Source of the DNA: Methanomethylophilus sp.
GTDB lineage: Archaea > Thermoplasmatota > Thermoplasmata > Methanomassiliicoccales > Methanomethylophilaceae
Length of the DNA: 64,000 nucleotides
NCBI GenBank assembly: GCA_050944195.1
Contig: JBMNQO010000001.1
Coordinates: 50,603-114,602 of the forward strand
Direction of reading: 5' to 3'
In this document: positions 40,222-49,708 of the stretch, one piece after another
How positions within the stretch are numbered: position 1 is the stretch's first letter
How the letters are laid out: each line of letters starts with the position of its first letter
Position numbers and translations under genes: made by a program
Notes under the pieces: generated by a model
What the model was told of the DNA's origin: nothing
Database searches by the model: none
What the model saw: only the letters and a program-made list of their open reading frames with translations

Positions 40222-41511
40222 TCAGAAGGTCTTCTTCTGCTCGGGCGGGACGATCTTCTCCTGCCCGCCCATGTAGGGCCTGAGGACCTCGGGGATGGTG
40301 ACCGAGCCGTCGGCGTTCTGGTAGTTCTCCAGCAGCGCCACCATGGTCCTCGGGAGGGCCAGCCCGGAGCCGTTCAGGGTGTGGACGAACTCGGACTTGA
40401 GGTGGGGCTCGGGGCGGTACTTGATCATCGCGCGGCGGGCCTGGAAGTCGAGGTCGTTGGAGCACGAGGAGCACTCCAGGTACCTCTCCTCGCCGGGCGC
40501 CCAGACCTCGAGGTCATAGCATTTGGCGCAGGAGAAGCTCTGGTCCCCGGTGCACAGCAGGAGCACGTGGTAGGGGAGGCCCAGCATCTGCAGGAGCTGC
40601 TCGGCGTCGCCCCTCATCTCCTCGAGGGCCGCCCAGGACTTTGAGGGCTCCTCGAACCTGACCATTTCGACCTTGTTGAACTCGTGGACGCGGATGATCC
40701 CGGCAGTGTCGGCGTGCTTGCCGACCTCCCTCCTGAACGAGGGGAGGTAGGCGGTGAGCTTGACGGGGAGGTCCTCCTTGGTGAGGATGTCGCCCTGAAG
40801 GAGGTTGGTCACGGGGACCTCGGCGGTGGGGTTGAGCCACATGTCGTCCTTCTCGAGGTGGTACATGTCGTCCTTGAGGTTGGGGTACTGGCCGGTGCCG
40901 GTGACGGCGGCGGTGTTGACGATGACGGGGGTGAAGACCTCCTTGTAGCCCTGCTTGCGGTGGGTGTCCAGGAAGAACGAGATGAGTGCCCTCTCGAGGC
41001 GGGCGCCGTCGCCCTTGAGCACGTAGAACCCGGAGCCGGTGATCTTGGCGGCCCGCTCGAAGTCCACGATGTCGAGGTCCTTCATCAGCTCGCCGTGGGT
41101 CTTGGGCTTGAAATCGAACTTCCGCTTCTCGCCCCAGACTTTGATCTCCACGTTCTCGGTGTCGTCCTTGCCAATCGGCACGTCGTCGGCGGGGATGTTG
41201 GGGATGTTGAGGAGGCAGTCCTTCCTGATGGCGTCGAGCTCGGCCATGCGGGCGTCGTTGGCGGCGATTTTATCTCCGACGCCGCGCATCTCCTTGATCT
41301 TGGCGTCCTTCTCGGCGCCCTTCGGCATCTTGCTGATCTCCTTCGAGACGGCGTTCCTGGTCTTGCGCAGGTCGTTGTTCTCGTTGGTGAGCTTCTTCCA
41401 CTCGGCGTCGGCCTCGAGGAGCTGGTCGAGCCTCTCGGTGGTCTTGTTCCTCTTCTTCAGCATCTCCCTGATCATGTCGGGGTTCTGCCGGATGATGTTG
41501 ATGTCAAGCAT
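40222..41511 (-). CDS. serS: Serine--tRNA ligase (common bacterial/eukaryal type)
   Basis: 429 aa with an N-terminal coiled-coil arm (MLDINIIRQNPDMIREMLKKRN) and class II motifs FRRE, RVHEFNKVE and GSGLALPR. Confidence 0.95.
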   Translation of the reverse strand: MLDINIIRQNPDMIREMLKKRNKTTERLDQLLEADAEWKKLTNENNDLRKTRNAVSKEISKMPKGAEKDAKIKEMRGVGDKIAANDARMAELDAIRKDCLLNIPNIPADDVPIGKDDTENVEIKVWGEKRKFDFKPKTHGELMKDLDIVDFERAAKITGSGFYVLKGDGARLERALISFFLDTHRKQGYKEVFTPVIVNTAAVTGTGQYPNLKDDMYHLEKDDMWLNPTAEVPVTNLLQGDILTKEDLPVKLTAYLPSFRREVGKHADTAGIIRVHEFNKVEMVRFEEPSKSWAALEEMRGDAEQLLQMLGLPYHVLLLCTGDQSFSCAKCYDLEVWAPGEERYLECSSCSNDLDFQARRAMIKYRPEPHLKSEFVHTLNGSGLALPRTMVALLENYQNADGSVTIPEVLRPYMGGQEKIVPPEQKKTF

Positions 41512-41521
41512 TGGTTTCCCT

Positions 41522-41818
41522 TCAATCGTTCTTCTTCTGGCACAGCGAGGTCCAGGTCCTCTTGTCGGTCATCACGATGACGCCCCCGCGGACGTCGACC
41601 GCCACTCCCCCGGACATCTCCTCGAGCTTCTTCGCGACGTCGTCCGGGTCCTCCTCGCAGTTGTTCAGGACCTTCGCCTTGATGAGGCGCCTTTTCTTGA
41701 GCTGCGCCGTCACCTCGGCGCCGATGCCCTCGGTCACGCCGTCCTTGCCGATGCGCACCGTCGCATCGATGCCCGCCGCGCGCCTGAGCAGTTCCTTCTT
41801 CGCTTCCCTCTCGCTCAT
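41522..41818 (-). CDS. YhbY/CRS1-like (CRM domain) RNA-binding protein
   Basis: 98 aa with IGKDGVTEGIGAEVTAQLKKRRLIKAKV, typical of the CRM fold. The start overlaps the Rpp21 stop. Confidence 0.75.
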   Translation of the reverse strand: MSEREAKKELLRRAAGIDATVRIGKDGVTEGIGAEVTAQLKKRRLIKAKVLNNCEEDPDDVAKKLEEMSGGVAVDVRGGVIVMTDKRTWTSLCQKKND

Positions 41819-42159
41819 TCCGATGCCTCCCGTTCCGCGGAACGGGCCTTCTGTTCCCTGATGTACGGCATCCGGCGGACGGTCCCGCAGCGGGGGCAGG
41901 ATGAGACGACCTTGTGGCCGGTCAGCCGCACCGTGCAGTTGACGCCCGGGACCAGCGGGAGGAGGCACTCCTTGCAGTAGACGAATCCCTCCGGCATGTG
42001 CGTCTGGGACTTCGCGCAGACGGCCTTCGCGATCTCGACGTAGCGGACCGCGCGGTCCTCCCTCCCCTCCCGGACGGCCTCCTCGGCGAGGGCGGCCAGC
42101 CGGGCCGTCCGGCCCTCGGCGATGTTCCTGACGGTCGAACGGGTGGGGTGCTTTGCCAT
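41815..42159 (-). CDS. rnp4: RNase P protein component 4 (Rpp21/Rpr2)
   Basis: N-terminal helical region ARLAALAEEAVREGREDRAVRYVEIA and a zinc ribbon CKECLLPLVPG...CPRCG. An alternative start lies at 42183. Confidence 0.75.
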   Translation of the reverse strand: MAKHPTRSTVRNIAEGRTARLAALAEEAVREGREDRAVRYVEIAKAVCAKSQTHMPEGFVYCKECLLPLVPGVNCTVRLTGHKVVSSCPRCGTVRRMPYIREQKARSAEREASE

Positions 42160-42383
42160 ACTGAACGGGCTCTCCATCCCCAACGATGATATAAATCATT
42201 GCGCCGAGCGGTTTTCGTGGTTTTCCGGGTCCCAGGGACCCGTCTGTTGGATTCCGCGAGGCTTTCCAGCATGCGCAACCCTTATATTGTGCGTGCCTAT
42301 GCGAAGGATTCGGTTATCTCTAACCAAGAGATTAAATACGGAACGGGGATACTCGCTCCGTTCAGACACCAGCAGGTGGTATC

Positions 42384-42905
42384 ATGGTAAGAAAGCCAGC
42401 ATCGATGTACAGAAGGATCACCGGAATGGCCTATACTCGCCGCGAGTACATGGGCGGAGTTCCGGCGGTCAGGATCAGCCAGTTCGACATGGGAGACCTC
42501 ACCAGGGAAGACGAGTTCCCCGTGAAGCTCTCCCTCAAAGTGAAAGCCCGCGTCCAGATCAGGCACACCGCCATCGAGGCGGGACGTGTCGCCGCGAACA
42601 GGGTCCTCGGCAAGCTCGGGCCTACCGACTACCACTTCAAGGTCAGGGTCTACCCGCACGTCGTCCTCCGCGAGAACAAGCTCGCGACCGGCGCAGGAGC
42701 GGACCGTGTCTCGAGCGGAATGCGCCGCGCCTTCGGCAAGACCGTCGGCACCGCCGCCCGCGTCGAGATGGACCAGGCCATCTACACCATCTACACCTCG
42801 CCCGACAAGGTCGCTCAGGCGAAGGACGCTCTCTGGAGGGCTTCCATGAAGCTCCCCACCTCCTGCTACATCGACATCGAGAAAGGGCAGGAACTCGTCC
42901 ACTGA
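42384..42905 (+). CDS. rpl10e: 50S ribosomal protein L10e (uL16)
   Basis: [27 protein letters not shown]..., the canonical archaeal L10e N-terminus. Confidence 0.95.
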   Translation: MVRKPASMYRRITGMAYTRREYMGGVPAVRISQFDMGDLTREDEFPVKLSLKVKARVQIRHTAIEAGRVAANRVLGKLGPTDYHFKVRVYPHVVLRENKLATGAGADRVSSGMRRAFGKTVGTAARVEMDQAIYTIYTSPDKVAQAKDALWRASMKLPTSCYIDIEKGQELVH

Positions 42906-43891
42906 TGCTGTTCGATCTTGAGATCGAGAATATCGAGAGCTGGATCCGCGGCAGGGGTTACACCTCTGTCGCCCTCCAGCTTCCGGAAGGGCTGAAGGTC
43001 CGCGCCGACGTCCTTTCCGAACGCATTTTCAAAGACACCGGCGCGGAAGTCATCGTTCTCGGTTACCCGTGCTACGGGGCCTGCGACCTCTACACCGATT
43101 TCCGGAGGTTCGCCCAGGCGCTCATCCATTTCGGGCATTCGCCGATACCCAACCTCCCGCAGGACCCAGACGTCCTGTTCGTGGAAGCGAGGGCGGACGT
43201 CAATATTGACAATGCAATAGAGAAGATCCTCCCCGAGCTGCCCGACAGGGTCGGCCTGCTCGCCTCGGTCCAATACATCCACCTGCTGCCGAGGGCGAAG
43301 GAGATCATCGGGAAATCGGGGAAGACCGCCATCATCGGCAAGGGGGACGGCAGGATCTGCTACCCCGGCCAGGTCCTCGGCTGCGACTGCTCCTCCGCCA
43401 CGAACGTGGAGGACGAGGTCGACGGCTTCCTGTTCCTCGGGGAGGGCGACTTCCACCCGCTCGCGGCCGCCTTCGGGGTGAAGAAGAAGCTGCTGGTCCT
43501 CAACCCCGTCACCGGCGAGGCCCGCTCGGTGGACGCCGAGAGGGACCGCATCCTCCGCCGGAGGTTCGCCGCCATCGAAAGTGCCAGATCCGCGCAGAGG
43601 TTCATGGTCATCGTCTGCGGGAAGGTGGGGCAGAACCGCCGCTCCGAGGCAGATAGAATTGCAACTCTTCTTCGCAAAGCCGGCAAGGACGTGGTGATGC
43701 TCGCCACCGACGAGATCACCCCGCAGGCGCTCCTGCCGTACCGCGTCGATGCCTTCGTGAGCACCGCCTGCCCGCGGGTGGCGATGGACGACCAGGCGCG
43801 GTACCCCAAGCCCATGCTGACGGTCACCGACGCCGAGGTCCTGCTGGGCATCCGCTCCTGGGACAATTACAGGTTCGACACCATCTCCTGA
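42905..43891 (+). CDS. dph2: 2-(3-amino-3-carboxypropyl)histidine synthase (diphthamide synthesis Dph2)
   Basis: About 328 aa with VALQLPEGLK, CYGACD and STACPR motifs. The start overlaps the L10e stop (TGATG). Confidence 0.85.
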   Translation: MLFDLEIENIESWIRGRGYTSVALQLPEGLKVRADVLSERIFKDTGAEVIVLGYPCYGACDLYTDFRRFAQALIHFGHSPIPNLPQDPDVLFVEARADVNIDNAIEKILPELPDRVGLLASVQYIHLLPRAKEIIGKSGKTAIIGKGDGRICYPGQVLGCDCSSATNVEDEVDGFLFLGEGDFHPLAAAFGVKKKLLVLNPVTGEARSVDAERDRILRRRFAAIESARSAQRFMVIVCGKVGQNRRSEADRIATLLRKAGKDVVMLATDEITPQALLPYRVDAFVSTACPRVAMDDQARYPKPMLTVTDAEVLLGIRSWDNYRFDTIS

Positions 43892-43950
43892 TACCAAGAA
43901 TCGCGCGCGCCCGTGCACTTTTTAAATACCGCCATACGATGGAGTGACCC

Positions 43951-44700
43951 ATGGTATCGTCTGATGAATTTCTCGCGGGCGCTCTCCCCGATGTGAAGGT
44001 GGGGATCGGCCGCGCCCCGGAATCGAAGTTCGTTGAGACAAGCGTCCGCGTGATGAACAACCCCAACGTCGTCATCTACACCGACCCGGTGAAGCTGGCC
44101 AACGACCTCGCCGACGGGAAGATCGACGCCGCGGTCCGCGGGGACATGTCCTCCGCCGTCCTCCTCCCCCACATCAAGAAGGCGCTCGGCCTCGAGGAGC
44201 TCCAGAGGATCGTCCTCATGGAGTACCGCGGGAGGGTGTTCATGATGGCCCCCGTCGGCATCGACGAGGGCTGGACCGTCAAGGACAAGGTCGAGATGGC
44301 CGAGGAGGGCGCCGCCCTGGCGGACAAGCTCGGCTTCAAGCGGAAGAAGATCGCGGTCATGTCCGGCGGGCGCACCGACGACCTCGGGCGCAACGAGGCG
44401 GTCGACAAGACCATCGCCGACGCCCTCGAGGTGACCAGGCAGCTCGTGAAGAAAGGCTACGACGCCTACCACGCGCAGATCCTCATCGAGGACGCGGTGG
44501 AGGAGGCCGACATCATCATCGCCCCCGAGGGGATCACCGGGAACCTCCTCTTCAGGTCGATGCACTTCATCGGCAACATCGCGGCGCTGGGCGCCCCGGT
44601 GCTCAACACCGACAAGGTCTTCATCGACACCTCCCGGGTCAAGACCGACTTCACGGACTCCATCGTCCTGGCGATGAAGCTGGCGGGGCTGAAGAAATGA
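43951..44700 (+). CDS. Pta/PlsX-fold protein resembling methanogen MtxX (marker protein 4-like)
   Basis: 249 aa with a C-terminal PEGITGNLLFRSM resembling the phosphate acyltransferase GN..K motif. Overall layout is as I recall for MtxX; needs a profile search. Confidence 0.5.
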   Translation: MVSSDEFLAGALPDVKVGIGRAPESKFVETSVRVMNNPNVVIYTDPVKLANDLADGKIDAAVRGDMSSAVLLPHIKKALGLEELQRIVLMEYRGRVFMMAPVGIDEGWTVKDKVEMAEEGAALADKLGFKRKKIAVMSGGRTDDLGRNEAVDKTIADALEVTRQLVKKGYDAYHAQILIEDAVEEADIIIAPEGITGNLLFRSMHFIGNIAALGAPVLNTDKVFIDTSRVKTDFTDSIVLAMKLAGLKK

Positions 44701-45269
44701 GCGGGATCGAGATCGACGGCGGCTATTCGGGCATCCGCTTCTCGGCCTGCCACTTCATCCCCCGGCACGAGAAGTGCTCCCGCCTCCACGGGCACAGCTA
44801 CATCATCCACCTGAAGCTCGAGGGGGACATCGGCGAGAACGGCATGGTGATGGACTTCGTGGTCCTCAAGAAGAAGCTCAGGGAGATGGTGGACTCCATG
44901 GACCACGCGGTGCTCCTGCCCGCCAAATCCGATGAAGTTCACATCGATATTGACGGCGAGGACGTGCACGTCGAGTGCAACGGCAAGCGCTACATGTTCC
45001 CCAAGATGGACGTCCGCATGCTCCCCGTGCCGACCACCACCGCCGAGGAGATGGCCAAGATGATGGCCGAGAAGCTGGCCTCCGAGATCGAGTTCCCGCC
45101 CAACGTCAGGAAGCTGGCGGTCGGGCTCGACGAGGAGCGCGGGCAGACCGCCTGGTACGAGAAGGAGTTCCGATGGCGAAGAAAGCGGTCGTGCTCCTCT
45201 CCGGCGGGCTCGATTCGACCACGACGCTGGCGCAGGCCCTTGCGGACGGCTGCGAGTGCACCGCCCTGA
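44697..45269 (+). CDS. queD: 6-carboxy-5,6,7,8-tetrahydropterin synthase
   Basis: CHFIPRHEKCSRLHGHSY zinc and catalytic motif. Homology ends near aa 158. The reading frame continues 97 nt into queC as an Arg-rich tail. Confidence 0.85.
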   Translation: MSGIEIDGGYSGIRFSACHFIPRHEKCSRLHGHSYIIHLKLEGDIGENGMVMDFVVLKKKLREMVDSMDHAVLLPAKSDEVHIDIDGEDVHVECNGKRYMFPKMDVRMLPVPTTTAEEMAKMMAEKLASEIEFPPNVRKLAVGLDEERGQTAWYEKEFRWRRKRSCSSPAGSIRPRRWRRPLRTAASAPP

Positions 45270-45859
45270 GCTTCCGCTACGGGCAGCGGCACACCAAGGA
45301 GCTGGTCTCCGCCGAGAACGTCTGCAGGCACTATGGCGTGGCGCACGTCGTCATCGACATGGACCTCTCGTCGTTCCGCTCGGCGCTCACCAGGAAGGAC
45401 ATCGACGTCCCGATGGACCGCCCCGGGGAGCTCGACGAGGAGATCCCCATCACCTACGTCCCCGCGCGGAACATCGTCTTCATGAGCGTGGCCGCGGGGC
45501 TGGCCGAGAGCATCGGCGCGCAGTTCGTGTACCTGGGCGCCAACGCCGTCGACTACTCCGGGTACCCGGACGACCGCCCCGACTTCTTCGAGGCCTACCA
45601 GCGGATGCTCGAGAAGGGCACCAAGGCGGGCGTCGAGGGGCACGCGGTGAAGATCGTGACCCCGCTGCTGTACCTCTCCAAGGCCGACATCGTCCGCCTC
45701 GGCAAGAAGCTGGGCGCTCCCCTGGAGCTCACCTGGTCCTGCTACAACGGCGGGGAGAAGGCCTGCGGGCACTGCGACTCCTGCCGCCTGCGGCTGCAGG
45801 GGTTCAAGGAAGCCGGCTATCACGACGAGATCCCCTACGAGGACGGCGTGGAGCATTGA
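45173..45859 (+). CDS. queC: 7-cyano-7-deazaguanine synthase
   Basis: MAKKAVVLLSGGLDSTT PP-loop and a C-terminal zinc site CYNGGEKACGHCDSC. Confidence 0.92.
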   Translation: MAKKAVVLLSGGLDSTTTLAQALADGCECTALSFRYGQRHTKELVSAENVCRHYGVAHVVIDMDLSSFRSALTRKDIDVPMDRPGELDEEIPITYVPARNIVFMSVAAGLAESIGAQFVYLGANAVDYSGYPDDRPDFFEAYQRMLEKGTKAGVEGHAVKIVTPLLYLSKADIVRLGKKLGAPLELTWSCYNGGEKACGHCDSCRLRLQGFKEAGYHDEIPYEDGVEH

Positions 45860-46488
45860 GGATCGTCGAGACCTTCCTGTCGATCCAGGGCGAGGGCCTG
45901 CAGATGGGCCGCCTGACCTATTTCGTCAGGACCGCCGGCTGCAACCTGCGCTGCTCATGGTGCGACACGGGGTACGCCCTCAACGATTCGGATGCGAAGT
46001 GCCAGATGACCCCCGATGAGGTTTTGAAACTCATCGGTGATGTCAATTCGATATGCCTTACGGGCGGAGAACCGCTCCTTCAGAAGGACGCCCGCGAGTT
46101 CATTGAGAAAGCGATCGAAGCGGGCAAGACGCTGGTCCTCGAGACCAACGGATCGATGAGCATCGCGGGGCTTCCCGATTCCGAGAACCTCATCGTCAGC
46201 ATGGACATCAAGTGCCCCTCCTCGGGCATGCAGGACCGCATGGACCTGGACAATCTGGCACATCTGAAGAGGAAGGACCAGCTGAAGTTCGTGATCGGCG
46301 ACGAGGAGGACCTCGCTTACGCCGAGGAATTCATTTCGAAGCACCCCACCGAGGCCAATGTGATCTTCAGCCCCGTGGGCGGAGTGAGCCTGGAGAAACT
46401 TGCGAACGAAGTGATCTCCAAGAGGCTGGACGTCCGCGTCCTCCCGCAGCTCCACAAAATCATATGGGGAGACAGGAAAGGGGTCTGA
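45856..46488 (+). CDS. queE: 7-carboxy-7-deazaguanine synthase (radical SAM)
   Basis: RIVETFLSIQGEG, CNLRCSWCDT and LTGGEP. Inferred TTG start overlaps the queC stop (TTGA). Confidence 0.88.
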   Translation: MRIVETFLSIQGEGLQMGRLTYFVRTAGCNLRCSWCDTGYALNDSDAKCQMTPDEVLKLIGDVNSICLTGGEPLLQKDAREFIEKAIEAGKTLVLETNGSMSIAGLPDSENLIVSMDIKCPSSGMQDRMDLDNLAHLKRKDQLKFVIGDEEDLAYAEEFISKHPTEANVIFSPVGGVSLEKLANEVISKRLDVRVLPQLHKIIWGDRKGV

Positions 46489-46495
46489 GCCCCCT

Positions 46496-46840
46496 TCACT
46501 GCTTCCCTTTGAACTTCTCTTCCAGGGCCAGTTTGTTCTTGACGTAGCTGATGCAGTTCTCCGCGGTGTCGTCGAAATCGTACCACACGCGGATGCCGGC
46601 ATCCTGGAGGATCTTCAGCCCGTGGGTGCCGATCCCGCCGCAGATGAACTGGTCGGGCTTCAGCTCCGCGACGGCCTTGGCCACCTTGTACCCCGCCCCC
46701 TCGCCCCTGGCGTACTCGTTCTCGACCACCTGGTAGTCGAGGGTGTCGCCGTCGACGATGAGGAAGTAGGGGGCGTGGCCGAAGTCGTCGGCCACCAGGG
46801 AATCGAGGGTGTCCCCCTCGGTCACGATGCCGAACTTCAT
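46496..46840 (-). CDS. NifB/NifX-family (dinitrogenase Fe-Mo cofactor biosynthesis domain) small protein
   Basis: 114 aa with FGHAPYFLIVD...ICGGIGTHGLKILQDAGI, typical of this fold. The start overlaps the Mrp stop (ATGA). Confidence 0.7.
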   Translation of the reverse strand: MKFGIVTEGDTLDSLVADDFGHAPYFLIVDGDTLDYQVVENEYARGEGAGYKVAKAVAELKPDQFICGGIGTHGLKILQDAGIRVWYDFDDTAENCISYVKNKLALEEKFKGKQ

Positions 46841-47745
46841 TGTCCCTGCCCGTTCTTCGCCTGGGCTTCCTTCATGGCCTTCTCGTAAGCCTCGTGCTGG
46901 GCGCTCAGGTACTCCGGCTCCTTCTCGACGATCTCCTCGACCTTGGAGGCGATGTCCATGAACGCCTTGGCGGAGGCGCACTGGGGGTCGGCCACCACGA
47001 TGGGGAGGCCGTTGTCGCCGGAGGCCATGACGCCCTGCTCGATCGGAACTTTGCCGAGGAACCTGACGTTCATGTCCTTGGCGGTCTTCTCGCCGCCGCC
47101 GGACTTGAAGATGTCGACCGTCTGGCCGCAGTGGGGGCAGACGAACCCGCTCATGTTCTCGATGAGGCCGATCACGGGGATGCCGGTCTGCCGGGCGAAG
47201 GTGATGGACTTCCGGGAGTCCAGCAGCGCCACGTCCTGCGGGGTGGTGACGACCACGCAGCCGTCCGCGCGGGGGATCAGCTGGACGATGGACAGGGCCT
47301 CGTCGCCGGTGCCGGGCGGCATGTCGATCACGAGGTAGTCGAGGTTGCCCCACTCGACGTCCTCCAGGAGCTGCCTGACCGCGCCCATCTTGACGGGGCC
47401 CCTCCACATCACGGCGTCGTCCTGGCTGGGGAGCAGGAACGCCATCGAGACCATCTTGAGGGACGGGGGCACCTGGACGGGGACGAGCTTGTCGTTCTCG
47501 ACGGTGAGCCGCTGGTCCTCCACGTGGAACATCTTGGGGATGTTCGGCCCGGTGATGTCGACGTCCAGGATACCGACCTGGTAGCCGTCCATGGCGAGGG
47601 CCTCGGCCAGGTTGGAGGAGACGGTGGACTTCCCCACGCCCCCTTTGCCGGAGATGACGATGACGACGTGCTTGATCTTCGAAAGGGTGTTCTGCAGTTT
47701 GGTCTGCTCCTCGATGTCCTCAGCGCTGAGTACGGGTGCTGCCAT
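46837..47745 (-). CDS. Mrp/NBP35/ApbC-family Fe-S cluster carrier ATPase
   Basis: Deviant Walker A SGKGGVGKST, DMPPGTGD and the CPHCG motif. Start at ATG 47745. Confidence 0.9.
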   Translation of the reverse strand: MAAPVLSAEDIEEQTKLQNTLSKIKHVVIVISGKGGVGKSTVSSNLAEALAMDGYQVGILDVDITGPNIPKMFHVEDQRLTVENDKLVPVQVPPSLKMVSMAFLLPSQDDAVMWRGPVKMGAVRQLLEDVEWGNLDYLVIDMPPGTGDEALSIVQLIPRADGCVVVTTPQDVALLDSRKSITFARQTGIPVIGLIENMSGFVCPHCGQTVDIFKSGGGEKTAKDMNVRFLGKVPIEQGVMASGDNGLPIVVADPQCASAKAFMDIASKVEEIVEKEPEYLSAQHEAYEKAMKEAQAKNGQGQ

Positions 47746-47843
47746 TTCTTTATGCCTCTCGCACGTTATCGGGCGCGGACGATAAAGGGTTTTGCTGGGA
47801 GCGACCGCAGGTTTTGTTAAGAGGGGCGCGGATATGCCCCGCA

Positions 47844-48260
47844 ATGCCGATAGGAGACCCCGGAGGGGGAGAGTTCGAGTACACGACGGAGGGGCTTCCC
47901 GAGAGCGTCTTCATGGCCTCGGTGCCGTCCCCCGACCCGCTGAAAGGGGTTGAGTTCTACACGGACCTCCTGGGGATGGAAGTCCTTTACAAGAGCAGGG
48001 ACGAATGCGTGGTCAGGAGGGGCTCCTGCACCATCCGCATCTTCCGCTCCGATAAGTATGGGATCGACACGGGGATCTTCATCGGCGTGGACAGCCCCTA
48101 CAACCTGCACCGCAGGCTGGTCGACGAGGGCGTGGAGTTCCGGCTGATGCCGAAGCGCCTGCCCATGGGGGTGGCGACCTCGTTCCTCGACTACGACGGG
48201 AACGTGCTGTACGCCATCGAGACCCAGGCGCCGATAAAGCCGCCGGAGGGAGAGGAATGA
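47844..48260 (+). CDS. VOC/glyoxalase-family protein
   Basis: GVEFYTDLLGMEV...FLDYDGNVLYAIE pattern of the vicinal oxygen chelate fold. The start is uncertain. Confidence 0.6.
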   Translation: MPIGDPGGGEFEYTTEGLPESVFMASVPSPDPLKGVEFYTDLLGMEVLYKSRDECVVRRGSCTIRIFRSDKYGIDTGIFIGVDSPYNLHRRLVDEGVEFRLMPKRLPMGVATSFLDYDGNVLYAIETQAPIKPPEGEE

Positions 48261-48832
48261 AGGTAATCATACTGAACGGGAGCTCCCGCCTCATCGGGAA
48301 CACCAGCAACATCTGCATCGCGTTCGCCGACGAGCTCGAGAAGGAGGGCATCGAGACCGAGCAGATCACGCTCTACGACCACGAGTTCGGATACTGCAAC
48401 GACTGCCGCACCTGCGAGATCCGCGGGGACGGGAGGTGCATCATGGAGGACGACGACATGAACGCCATCCTCGACGAGCTCCGGCAGGCGGACGGCATCG
48501 TCCTCGCGGCGCCGGCCTACGCCTCGGGGGCGCCCTCCGGGATGCAGATCTTCCTGGAGCGGGCGGACCTCTGCCTGTCCATGGGGGACCACGGGCTGCG
48601 GGGCAAGGTCGGGGGCGTCATCACGGTGTGCCAGCACGAGGGCGGAGAGAACCTCTACAACCAGCTCACCCAGTGGCTCCTGCGGAACGAGGTCAGCGTT
48701 GCCGGGGCGTACCCGCTGCCGATCTTCCGGGCGCTCAACTCCCCGCAGTACGAGGAGGACACGCTGGCCATGAAGGGAGTAAAGAGCCTCGCCGCGAACA
48801 TGGCGGCGCTCATCGAGAAGCTCTCCCAGTAA
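48257..48832 (+). CDS. Iron-sulfur flavoprotein (Isf) / NADPH-dependent FMN reductase family
   Basis: Flavodoxin-like MKVIILNGSSR...GNT and a compact Cys motif CNDCRTCEIRGDGRC. It has a TAA stop. Confidence 0.7.
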   Translation: MKVIILNGSSRLIGNTSNICIAFADELEKEGIETEQITLYDHEFGYCNDCRTCEIRGDGRCIMEDDDMNAILDELRQADGIVLAAPAYASGAPSGMQIFLERADLCLSMGDHGLRGKVGGVITVCQHEGGENLYNQLTQWLLRNEVSVAGAYPLPIFRALNSPQYEEDTLAMKGVKSLAANMAALIEKLSQ

Positions 48833-48847
48833 ACCTCAAAAATCAAA

Positions 48848-48856
48848 TGTGCCAGA
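48848..48856 (+). repeat. TGTGCCAGA motif copy
   Basis: AAATGTGCCAGAG, 15 nt after the Isf-like stop. Its last 2 nt form the base of the terminator hairpin. Confidence 0.7.
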
Positions 48857-48880
48857 GGGGGCGTTTGCCCCCTCATTTTT
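48855..48880 (+). terminator. Intrinsic-like terminator
   Basis: GAGGGGGC gttt GCCCCCTC (8 bp) followed by ATTTTTC. Confidence 0.55.
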
Positions 48881-48891
48881 CATTGAAGTTT

Positions 48892-49611
48892 TCAGAAGAA
48901 GTAGAACCCGCAGCCGAACTCCGCGGAGACCTTCGCGGCCGCCTCGACCCTGTCGAGCGGGCCGGAGTAGCGGTGGACCGCCATCTTGCCCTCCTTCTCG
49001 AGGGCGGGCCTCAGGACCTCGACCTCCTTGAGGACCTTCTTGGCGTCCTCGGGGGTCAGCTTCTTCATCGATTTCGCGTTCTCGAAGACGGCGCCGATGA
49101 TGGGGCAGCCGTACTTCTGGGCGATCTCGGGGAGCTTGGTGGTGTCGGGACCGAACGTCCCCATGCAGCCGCGGCCCTTGTCCCAGGAGAGCGGGCACTT
49201 GGCGCACATCGCGTTCATCTCGTCGAACTCGAGGTTGTCCCACTCGGTGACGCGGTTGTCCTTCGAGGAGGCCCCGATGGCCTTCTTCTTGGTGGCGGCG
49301 TCCATCTTGGTGAGGTCCACCCAGCCGGTGGGGGTCTTCACTGCATACTTCTGCAGGGCAGCTTTGTCGTCGTCCTTCTTGACCTTGTCCATGTAGACGG
49401 CGTCGGTCTCGGGGTTGATCCGGTTCCTCTTGAGGAAGGCCTCGAAGTCCGGGAAGACTTTCTTGGCGTCCTCCAGGGACACCTTCTCGTCGAAGTCCAT
49501 GTACTTCTCGAACTCCTTCCCGTCCACCTTGGCCTTGAGGACGTTGAGCTTCATCTCCCGGCAGGGCGCCTTCTCGGCCTCCGTCTCGCAGAGTGCGATG
49601 TTGATTCCCAT
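48892..49611 (-). CDS. Hypothetical Cys-containing protein (239 aa)
   Basis: Lys/Asp-rich, protein-like composition with motifs CAKCPLSWDKGRGCMGTFGP and YGCPI. I recognise no family. Start at ATG 49611. Confidence 0.5.
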   Translation of the reverse strand: MGINIALCETEAEKAPCREMKLNVLKAKVDGKEFEKYMDFDEKVSLEDAKKVFPDFEAFLKRNRINPETDAVYMDKVKKDDDKAALQKYAVKTPTGWVDLTKMDAATKKKAIGASSKDNRVTEWDNLEFDEMNAMCAKCPLSWDKGRGCMGTFGPDTTKLPEIAQKYGCPIIGAVFENAKSMKKLTPEDAKKVLKEVEVLRPALEKEGKMAVHRYSGPLDRVEAAAKVSAEFGCGFYFF

Positions 49612-49708
49612 GCTTTCGGCATGTCCCTGCCCCGTTATTAGAGTGACGATAGGATGCAGCCCCCGTCGCACCGAAACATACTATTGCGCGCGCGATATCG
49701 GGTCATCC

